A stretch of DNA of 62,977 bases, counting the filler, from Dehalococcoidia bacterium (GTDB taxonomy: Bacteria > Chloroflexota > Dehalococcoidia > DSTF01 > JACRBR01), in the NCBI GenBank assembly GCA_041494685.1. It is 5 parts of 4 records of this genome, joined end to end, with 100 filler letters (N's around TTAATTAATTAA, not from the genome) between each part and the next. Parts side by side here need not be neighbours in the genome. Positions count along the whole stretch, not along the records: positions 28,800 to 56,651 come from JBGQBE010000006.1; positions 56,752 to 58,364 come from JBGQBE010000008.1; positions 58,465 to 62,977 come from JBGQBE010000075.1; 2 more parts are not named here. One strand, written 5' to 3'. This document shows positions 55,905 through 62,977 of the stretch, in pieces (the stretch's first letter is position 1; every line of letters starts with the position of its first letter). The translations under genes were made by a program, and so were the position numbers. A model generated the notes under the pieces. It saw only the letters and a program-made list of their open reading frames with translations, was not told the origin of the DNA and searched no databases.

Positions 55905-56539
55905 TTGCGCGCCCTCAGTTCCCAGCTCGATCCCCACAGTGCGTCGAACAACGGCATGCGCAGGAGGTGCGGCACGGCGTCCAGGAAGCCGAGGCGGGAC
56001 GAGAGCGGCACGCCGCCCATGCGCCAGACCGCTTCGACGTGGAAGCCCACGTCTTCGAGCAGCAGCCGTGCCGACCGCTCCGTGAACCCGCGCAGGTGCG
56101 TGTAATCGGCCCACACGCGCCTTGGGCGCGCCATCACCACAGAGGCAACGATGACACCGCCGGGCCGTGTCACACGAAAGGCCTCGCGGGCAAGGTGGCC
56201 GGGATCCTGCACGTGCTCGAAGATGTCTTTCGCGAGCACGCCGTCGAATGTCGCGTCCGGATACGGCAGCGGCGCGGCGTCGAGGTCGACGCACAGCGCG
56301 CGCTCGTGCTCCATCGCTTGCGCAACCGCCGCCGCGTCGACGTCGACGCCGTGCACCACCACGTCCTCCAACGGGCGGAGCCTGCCGAAGTCTCCGGTAC
56401 CGCAGCCCACATCGAGCAGCGTGCGCGCGCCCGCGAACTCGCGGTGGTAGCGCGCCGCAAGCCCCGCCGGCATGCCGCCGCCACGGTAGTACGCCTGCTT
56501 CTCGACGGCGCTCAGCCGAGCGCTTCCTGCCGCTTCCAT
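55901..56539 (-). CDS. Class I SAM-dependent methyltransferase
   Basis: LLDVGCGTG, FEHVQDP, RPGG. Confidence 0.9.
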   Translation of the reverse strand: MEAAGSARLSAVEKQAYYRGGGMPAGLAARYHREFAGARTLLDVGCGTGDFGRLRPLEDVVVHGVDVDAAAVAQAMEHERALCVDLDAAPLPYPDATFDGVLAKDIFEHVQDPGHLAREAFRVTRPGGVIVASVVMARPRRVWADYTHLRGFTERSARLLLEDVGFHVEAVWRMGGVPLSSRLGFLDAVPHLLRMPLFDALWGSSWELRARK

Positions 56540-56651
56540 GCGGCCTCCTCTCTCCGGCCGCCAAGGCACGCCCTGACGATGCCGTCCGCGCACGCCTCGA
56601 TACTGTAGCCCTGGACGATCTTCCGGCTGCGCGCGCCGTATCGCTCGCGCA

Positions 56652-56751
56652 NNNNNNNNNNNNNNNNNNNNNNNNNNNNNNNNNNNNNNNNNNNNTTAAT
56701 TAATTAANNNNNNNNNNNNNNNNNNNNNNNNNNNNNNNNNNNNNNNNNNNN
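56652..56751. other. Artificial contig spacer
   Basis: 100-nt N-run with TTAATTAATTAA. Confidence 0.99.
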
Positions 56752-56752
56752 G

Positions 56753-57523
56753 CAGGGCGCGCTGCGACGTCTGTACGGAGTCGGCCATGGTGTTGACATC
56801 GTGCGCCAGCGCGCGCACCTCCGCCGGTCCGGCGATCGGTACGCGCTGGCGGTAGTCACCGCGGGCGACGGCGCGGATGCCGCCCGTCACCCTGCCCAGC
56901 GGCCGGTACATCCACGCCCACAGCACGAAGGCCGCCAGCAGCGCGGCGACCAGGCCGATCGCCCCGGCGAACAGCAGGCGCGGCAGCAGGTCCCGGAAGA
57001 CCTGCCGCCCGGTCGCCTGCGGCAGCGCGACGACGATCGCGGCGACGCCCGCGGGCTGCGCGCGGACGACGCGCGGCATCGGCACGGCGACGTAGAGCAG
57101 CGTGCCGCCGCTGCTGACCTTGTGCGTGTGCGTCGGCAGTTCGGCGAAGTTGGGGCCGCGTTCGGGCGCCGGCGGCACCGGGAAGGTCTCGCCCGCCAAC
57201 TGCGGATTCGACCCGGCGCCGACCACGCGTCCTTTCTCGTCCATCAGCAGGACGATGACGCCCGTATCCTGCGACGCCTGCCGCAGGTACGCATTCAAGT
57301 CGTTGCGGAACTGTTGGGCGCCGCCCGCATCGCGGGCGGTGTTGGCGGGCGCGATCGACACGTTGTAGTAGACCGGCGCGGCAACGGAGCGAAGCGTGCT
57401 GGCCGTGAGCTGATCGTGGTAGCCGCCGAGCCGTGTGAACAGCGCCACGCCGGCCGCTACCAGCGTGATGCACACGATGAGGACGAACGAGACGAGCAGC
57501 CGGGACCGGAGGCTTCTGAACAC
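56753..57523 (-). CDS. Sensor histidine kinase, N-terminal part (TM + HAMP), truncated by contig end
   Basis: Two TM helices; RPL....AVARGDY...EVRALAHDVNTMA HAMP; follows response regulator. Confidence 0.85.
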
Positions 57524-57531
57524 AGGCCCGC

Positions 57532-58227
57532 CTATCGGCCGCTCTCGTCGACCAGCTTGTAGCCGACGCCGCGTACCGTCGTGATACCCAGGCCGGAGCC
57601 GGCGAGCTTCGCGCGGACGTGTTGCACGTGGACGTCCACGGTGCGCGTCTCGCCGTAGAAACTGTAGCCCCAGACGCGGTCGAGCAGCTGCTCCCGCGTG
57701 AGCACGATGCCCGCATTCTCCGCGAGCGCCGCCAGCAGGTCGAACTCCTTCGTCCGCAGGGCCAGGTCGCGGCCGGCGGCGGTCGCCTCGCGGCGCGCCT
57801 TGTCGATCAGCAGGTCGCCGAGACGGATCACCGACGCGGCGACCGGGTCGTTCGCGTTCTCGGCGCGGCGCAGGATCGCCTTGACGCGCGCCACGAGTTC
57901 GCGCGGATTGAACGGCTTGGTGAGGTAGTCGTCCGCGCCCAGCTCCAGGCCGACGATCTTGTCCACGTCCTCGTCGCGGGCGGTGAGCATGATGATCGGG
58001 ACGTTGCTCTCCAGCCGCAGCTGCTTGCAGACGTCGTAGCCGCTCATGCCGGGCAGCATGAGGTCCAGCACGACGAGGTTCGGGCTCAGCTGCTGGATCT
58101 TTTCGAGCGCGCTGGTCCCGTCGCCGGCCCAACTCACGTCGAAGCCTTCCTTCTGCAGGTACAGCGACGCGAGCTCGCGGATGTGTTCGTCGTCGTCGAC
58201 GATCATCACCTTGCCGGCGGCGGCCAT
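57532..58227 (-). CDS. OmpR/PhoB-family response regulator
   Basis: VDDD, LDLMLP, GADDYLTKPF, RTVDVHV. Confidence 0.95.
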   Translation of the reverse strand: MAAAGKVMIVDDDEHIRELASLYLQKEGFDVSWAGDGTSALEKIQQLSPNLVVLDLMLPGMSGYDVCKQLRLESNVPIIMLTARDEDVDKIVGLELGADDYLTKPFNPRELVARVKAILRRAENANDPVAASVIRLGDLLIDKARREATAAGRDLALRTKEFDLLAALAENAGIVLTREQLLDRVWGYSFYGETRTVDVHVQHVRAKLAGSGLGITTVRGVGYKLVDESGR

Positions 58228-58364
58228 AGCGCTCCCTTTCATCCGTACGTGTCCTCCCTCAGAGTATCGTCTCCCGGGCACCGGCTGCGGCGGGTGGCAA
58301 CCACGTAAACAGCGGCGAAATCGCCGCAAATCGTCGTGGGCCGGGGTCGCGGAGCGGCCCGCCG

Positions 58365-58464
58365 NNNNNNNNNNNNNNNNNNNNNNNNNNNNNNNNNNNN
58401 NNNNNNNNTTAATTAATTAANNNNNNNNNNNNNNNNNNNNNNNNNNNNNNNNNNNNNNNNNNNN
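58365..58464. other. Artificial contig spacer
   Basis: 100-nt N-run with TTAATTAATTAA. Confidence 0.99.
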
Positions 58465-58482
58465 GCGGAAGACGAGCGGGCG

Positions 58483-58665
58483 TCAGGTTGTCTCGGCAAT
58501 CGGCAGGGATCGGATCCGAATGCGCGTTCCCTCGAGGACAGCGATGCAGCCCTGCGCGAGCGCCGCCCGCATGTCGTACTCGCGTACGTGCACCGCATCG
58601 TGGCCGCGCTCGCGCAGCCCCTCCGCCACCGCCGGCGAGAGCGCGTTGTCGATGAGGAACCTCAC
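58483..58665 (-). pseudogene. DUF5615-type PIN toxin with internal deletion
   Basis: MRFLIDNALSP...GHDAVHVR N-terminus joined to IRIRSLPI C-terminus in 60 aa; central D-x-DF segment absent. Confidence 0.75.
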
Positions 58666-58889
58666 GGCGCCGTCAGCGGAAGCTCCCGCTCGCGCACGGC
58701 CTCGGCGGCGTAGCGCAGCGCTTCGTGGATGTCCTCCGGCTCGAGGTCTGGGAATGCGTTGACGATTTCGACCTCAGCCATCCCCTCGGCGATCATGCCG
58801 ACGATCGTGGCCACCGGGATGCGCAGTCCGCGGATGCATGGCGCGCCCGCCATCTGAGAGGGGTTCACGGTAATGCGCGTGTATCTCAT
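58662..58889 (-). CDS. DUF433-family antitoxin
   Basis: RITVNP..MAGAPCIRGLRIPV...FPDL..EDI.EAL.YAA. Confidence 0.92.
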   Translation of the reverse strand: MRYTRITVNPSQMAGAPCIRGLRIPVATIVGMIAEGMAEVEIVNAFPDLEPEDIHEALRYAAEAVRERELPLTAP

Positions 58890-59249
58890 GGTTGGCGTCT
58901 CCCTTTTGCGTCCCATGATACGGCGTTCTGAGCGGCTTCGCGCGGGCAGATCTTTCGCCCGTGTGGCCCAGCAGCGACGATGCCGCCTCGCGGCGAAGGG
59001 ACCGAGGTTCGTGCCAGCGCGGACCGCGACGGAAAGGAACCTGGCTAAAGCCTGTGCCCCGCCTATCTGCGATCCGAAGCTAGGATCGCGAAGTTATCTG
59101 CGGTTCGCGCGACGTTCGAACAGCACCTGCCACGGGCGATCTACACCGTTGCGCATCTTCGATACGTTATCATCCCCGCAGCCTCGCGCCTATCCGGTGC
59201 TCGCGAACGAGCGTTATGCTGGGGATCGAGCAAGAGGAGGGGATTGCAC

Positions 59250-60407
59250 ATGAACACGACCGAGCGAACTGAAATCGAGGACGACTCCGAACCCCTGGCC
59301 GACGTCGAAGTACAGGACGACGAACCAGACCTCGAGGACGAGCAGGACGTATACGACATTCCACCTGACTACACCATCGTCTCGTTCGGCGCTGACTACG
59401 ATGTCGCGGGCCTAGTAGCTCGTCTGAAGTCCGGGGAGGTCACGGTGCCGGGATTTCAACGTAGTTACGTGTGGAAATACCGCCAAGCGGCGCGATTCAT
59501 CGAATCGCTGCTAATCGGCCTGCCGGTACCGGGCGTCTTCCTCTGGCGTGATCCGGCAGCCCAGCAATTCACCGTCATTGACGGGCAGCAACGACTCCGT
59601 ACGCTGCAGTTCTTTAAGGAGGGGGTCTTTCCGCCGACCGCTGGTAAGACAGTTGGCAAAGAGTTCGTGATGCCGGAGCGAACCTCTAGGTACCAGCGCG
59701 TACACGATAGGTTCCAGAACCGCAAGTACTCCACACTCGACGAGTCCGATCGACGACGGCTTGATAACAGCATTATCCATGCCACGATCATCAATCAGGA
59801 GAAGCCCCCTAAAGATGATACGAGCATGTTTTACCTCTTCGAGCGCCTCAACACAGAGGGTACACCGCTTCAACCACAAGAGATCCGCGTCGCCATATAC
59901 CAAGGGAAGCTCATTCAACTTCTCTTCGAGCTCAACAAGAACAACGCGTGGCGAGTTGTGTATGGGCCGGTCTCGCCTCGGATGAAAGATCAAGAGCTTA
60001 TCGCCCGCTTCTTCGCGCTCTTCTACGTGCTCGAACCTTACGCCCGGCCGATGAAGGAATTCATCAACCGCTACATCTCAAAGAACCGTCACCTAGATAT
60101 CCAATCGGCCGAGTCGCTAACGACGATCTTCGCCACAACCATCGAGGCCGTCAACTCGGCGATCGGTCGACGAGCGTTCCGCCCTGTCAAGGCGCTAAAT
60201 GCGGCCGCTTTCGACTCTGTGATGATCGGCATCGCGCGGCGGCTACAACAACAACCGTCGTTCAATAAGAAGGAACTCGGCCTTGCCTATACACGCCTCA
60301 TGGCCCGCAAAGATTTCTCCCAACTAGTGTCTCGAGCTACCGCGGACGCCGACAACGTCACGAAGCGACTAGACATAGCCACGACAGCTTTCGCAGAAGT
60401 CGGATGA
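59250..60407 (+). CDS. DUF262 (ParB/Srx-like, GmrSD N-terminal) domain protein
   Basis: FQR, IDGQQR, FERLN motifs; acidic N-terminus; more AT-rich codon use; GAGGAGG SD. Confidence 0.9.
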   Translation: MNTTERTEIEDDSEPLADVEVQDDEPDLEDEQDVYDIPPDYTIVSFGADYDVAGLVARLKSGEVTVPGFQRSYVWKYRQAARFIESLLIGLPVPGVFLWRDPAAQQFTVIDGQQRLRTLQFFKEGVFPPTAGKTVGKEFVMPERTSRYQRVHDRFQNRKYSTLDESDRRRLDNSIIHATIINQEKPPKDDTSMFYLFERLNTEGTPLQPQEIRVAIYQGKLIQLLFELNKNNAWRVVYGPVSPRMKDQELIARFFALFYVLEPYARPMKEFINRYISKNRHLDIQSAESLTTIFATTIEAVNSAIGRRAFRPVKALNAAAFDSVMIGIARRLQQQPSFNKKELGLAYTRLMARKDFSQLVSRATADADNVTKRLDIATTAFAEVG

Positions 60408-60869
60408 CCATTCTATCGGTGCGTCAAAAGCGCGACAGTTTGGATGCACTCCTTGCTCGCGCCTCCAAGCTACCGCCTGGCGATCCGCTCCAAGCTGACT
60501 TGGCGCGATACTTGTGCGTGCGAGTGGCAGGCTTCCTAGAGAAGGCGACAGAGTCGATTTACTTTGAGTACGCCCGCGCGCGCGCCCAACCCGAAGTCGC
60601 CAGGTTCGTCGGTGCTCGACTTGAAGACAGTCCCCTTCCGAAGAGCGAGAACCTTTGCCTGCTCGCCGGTTCGTTCGATAAGCGGTGGGAGGACAACCTT
60701 CGCGTCTTCCTCGATCCAGAAGTCAAGGGCGCCATCAACAGCATCATCGGGCAATCGCAATAACATCGCCCATGGCGAGAACGTTTCCTTCGGCCTCGTG
60801 CAACTGAAGGACTGGTACAAGTGCGTCCTAACGTACATTGCGTTCATCGAGACCCAGACCGGTACATAG
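60404..60869 (+). pseudogene. HEPN ribonuclease (RiboL-PSP/MAE_28990-like), frameshifted
   Basis: ATGA overlap with DUF262 gene; frame stops at 60763, next frame continues NRNNIAHG...; removing one G from GGG 60749-60751 gives a 154-aa ORF with RxxxxH. Confidence 0.8.
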
Positions 60870-61026
60870 CCGCTCGCCGCAGGCAGGAAGGTCGGTGATC
60901 CTCTTCGATTCCACCGACCTTCGGTCGTCCAGCGGGACGCGCGCCGGCGGCGGAGGGCGTTGACAGAGGCCCCGCGGAGCGGGCAGTATTGGCTTCATTC
61001 TGAGAACCCACGAATGGAGGCGTGCG

Positions 61027-62184
61027 ATGGCTGAGCGGGTGCGATTACTGGTCGGGACGAAGAAGGCGGCGTTCATCTATACGGCGGATGAGCGGCGCGA
61101 GCGGTGGCAGCTGTCGGACCCGATCTACACGGGCTGGTCGGTGTATCACATGGCGGCGGACCCGCGCGGCGGCGACGTGCGGCTGTACGCGGCGGCGAAC
61201 CACTGGGCGTGGGGGCCGTCGGTGGCGAAGAGCGCGGACCTGGGCAAGAGCTGGGATTACCGCAGCAAGGGGCTGGCGTTCCCGGAGGGCAGCGGCCGCG
61301 TGAACCAGAACGTCTGGCACGTGCGGCCGGGGCACGATCGCGAGCCCGGCGTGGTGTACGCGGGCACGCAGCCGGCGGGGCTGTTCCGCAGCGAGGACTG
61401 GGGCCACACGTGGGCGTCGGTGGAGGGGCTGCATCGCCACGGCGCCGGCGCGGCATGGCAGGGCACGGGCGGCGGCGACTCGTGCCTGCACTCGATCGAG
61501 ATCGACCCGCGCGACCCGCGACACGTGTACGTCGCGATCAGCTCGGGCGGGTCGTACGTGACGCGCGACGGCGGCGAGACGTGGGAGAAGTTCGCGTATG
61601 CCGTCGTCCCGACGAACGAGGGCGGGCGCGAACTGACGACGGCTCTCGGGAAGCTCTTCCCGGACGCGCCGCGCCCCGACGACATGGACCCGCTGGCGAT
61701 CGACGAGATGCACAAGCTGTGGCTGGACGCGAAGGACCCCGACCGCCTGTGGACGCAGACGCACGTGGGGGTCTTCCGCTCGGACGACGGCGGCTCGACG
61801 TGGGAGGACGTGACGCGCGGCCTGCCGTCGTTCCACGGCTTCCCGATCGCGGTCACGCGACGCGCGCCCGATGCGGCGTACGTCGTGCCGCTGGCCTTCG
61901 CCGAGCTGTACGACAACTTCCGCGTCTGCGACGGCCAGTTCACGGTGTATCGCACGCGCGACGGCGGAGCGACGTGGCAGCCGCTCACGGACGGCCTGCC
62001 GGGGCCGCAGAACTACCAGAGCGCGTACCGCGACGCGCTGGACACGGACGGCCAGTCGCCCGAAGGTGTGTATGTGGGCACGAGCAATGGCGAGGTCTAC
62101 GCCAGCGCGGACGGCGGCGATCGCTGGCAGCGGCTGCCGGGCACGCTGCCGCCGGTGCTGTCGGTCACGTGCGCGGTGTGGTGA
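61027..62184 (+). CDS. BNR/Asp-box repeat beta-propeller (sialidase-like) protein
   Basis: Repeated SxDxGxTW boxes; LLVGTKK N-terminus. Confidence 0.85.
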   Translation: MAERVRLLVGTKKAAFIYTADERRERWQLSDPIYTGWSVYHMAADPRGGDVRLYAAANHWAWGPSVAKSADLGKSWDYRSKGLAFPEGSGRVNQNVWHVRPGHDREPGVVYAGTQPAGLFRSEDWGHTWASVEGLHRHGAGAAWQGTGGGDSCLHSIEIDPRDPRHVYVAISSGGSYVTRDGGETWEKFAYAVVPTNEGGRELTTALGKLFPDAPRPDDMDPLAIDEMHKLWLDAKDPDRLWTQTHVGVFRSDDGGSTWEDVTRGLPSFHGFPIAVTRRAPDAAYVVPLAFAELYDNFRVCDGQFTVYRTRDGGATWQPLTDGLPGPQNYQSAYRDALDTDGQSPEGVYVGTSNGEVYASADGGDRWQRLPGTLPPVLSVTCAVW

Positions 62185-62213
62185 GCGCGGTGGGAGCGGC
62201 GGCCACGGGGTTG

Positions 62214-62242
62214 TCCACAGATGACGCAGATGGGCGCAGATT
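62214..62242 (+). repeat. Nonamer tandem repeat
   Basis: CACAGATGA CGCAGATGG GCGCAGATT. Confidence 0.55.
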
Positions 62243-62279
62243 GAGGTGGGGTCGCGGTGCGCGGCGCCCGGTCCTCGCA

Positions 62280-62307
62280 CGGCGGGCGCAGCAGGCTGCG
62301 CCCCTAC
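62280..62307 (-). repeat. GTAG-type REP element
   Basis: Reverse complement GTAGGGGCGCAGCCTGCTGCGCCCGCCG, 28/28 identical to 41865-41892. Confidence 0.8.
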
Positions 62308-62354
62308 TCGGTGAGGCGGCGGTAGAGGGTGGGGGGGCGCTGGGGGAGTTGTAG

Positions 62355-62633
62355 CTAACCGGTCGCGCGCTGCCTGGTCGCGGGCAGGAGCAGGTCGTAC
62401 TTCGCCAGGTACTGGGCAATGTCCCGCCGAACGACGTCCTCCGCGAGGCCATCGTCCATCTGATAGATGTGGACCTGGATGAACCCGAAGAGCAACGCTT
62501 CAGGGCTTCCCGTCTGGTCGAGTTCAAGAGACTCATCGACATGGCCGTGGATGAAGCGGTCGAGCGCGGCTAGATCCACGCGCCCGGATATGTAATCGTT
62601 CGCGAGCGCGACGAGTTCAGTGGCGAGCGTCAT
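62355..62633 (-). CDS. Small acidic helical hypothetical protein (immunity/antitoxin-like)
   Basis: Strong SD GGGGAGGA; MTLATELVALANDYISGRVDLAALDRFI...; 92 aa. Confidence 0.6.
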   Translation of the reverse strand: MTLATELVALANDYISGRVDLAALDRFIHGHVDESLELDQTGSPEALLFGFIQVHIYQMDDGLAEDVVRRDIAQYLAKYDLLLPATRQRATG

Positions 62634-62973
62634 GGCCGCATCCTCCCCGGAACCGACCCATGAAGTCGATTCGACTACGCTGCGCGCGTTGTTTCGCGCG
62701 GCGCGGATCGAAGATCGCCTGGCGTCGGGCGAGCTGACGATCGTCGTCAAGCGCGGCACGGAGCGGCGCGCTCCCGCACGCATCGGCGAACCGCGAGGCA
62801 CGGTCAGCCATGCCGTAGTGTATCTCGACGGTCAAGGGCGTGCCCAGGCCATCGCGCACGAGTACCTGCGCCCGGACGGCTCGATCGGCGCGGGCGGGCA
62901 GCGCGATCCGAAATGGCTGCGGTACGAGGGGGCTGTCTGGCAGCTACAGAGACCGCGCGCGGCCACGGAGTAG
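62632..62973 (+). CDS. Hypothetical protein (possible small toxin)
   Basis: Protein-like ORF with AIAHEYLRPDGSIGAGGQRDPKWL; start uncertain, weak SD. Confidence 0.55.
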   Translation: MAASSPEPTHEVDSTTLRALFRAARIEDRLASGELTIVVKRGTERRAPARIGEPRGTVSHAVVYLDGQGRAQAIAHEYLRPDGSIGAGGQRDPKWLRYEGAVWQLQRPRAATE

Positions 62974-62977
62974 TAGC

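Overview
About 63 kb of high-GC bacterial DNA made of five unlinked contig pieces joined by artificial 100-nt spacers (N-run/TTAATTAATTAA/N-run), so gene neighbourhoods are only meaningful within a piece. Gene content (sortase-type anchors, dockerin-tailed secreted proteins, family III CoA-transferases, Mo-hydroxylases, VOC/DinB proteins, leaderless genes) suggests an aerobic heterotroph, possibly Chloroflexota (Dehalococcoidia-like); this is inference only. Piece 1: copper-handling operon (putative Cys/His leader protein with a Pro-rich tail, His-rich lipoprotein, two non-canonical CopC, one LPQTG-anchored), small stress genes, lipB-lipA-lpdA-pdhABC, GH51 fragment. Piece 2: PA14-GSDH-dockerin enzyme divergent from a triple-cupredoxin, two degenerate GGDEF proteins, a tandem pair of tiny sigma-4-like HTH paralogs, dGTPase, CoA-transferase pair. 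Piece 3: two molybdo-hydroxylase systems with mocA/xdhC, argD/degT/nrtR/miaB, a sulfide/persulfide module, a polysaccharide-modification cluster. Piece 4: OmpR-type two-component pair. Piece 5: small defence/TA island in which both toxins appear broken (internally deleted PIN; HEPN frameshifted just before RxxxxH) plus a head-to-head gene pair sharing one CATG. No rRNA, tRNA, CRISPR array, integrase, transposase or reverse transcriptase was recognised. The best candidates for undescribed biology are the putative copper-sensing ribosome-stalling leader, the tandem mini-HTH pair, the cupredoxin with an EF-hand-like insert in its ligand loop, and short-period repeat arms bracketing apparently foreign genes.
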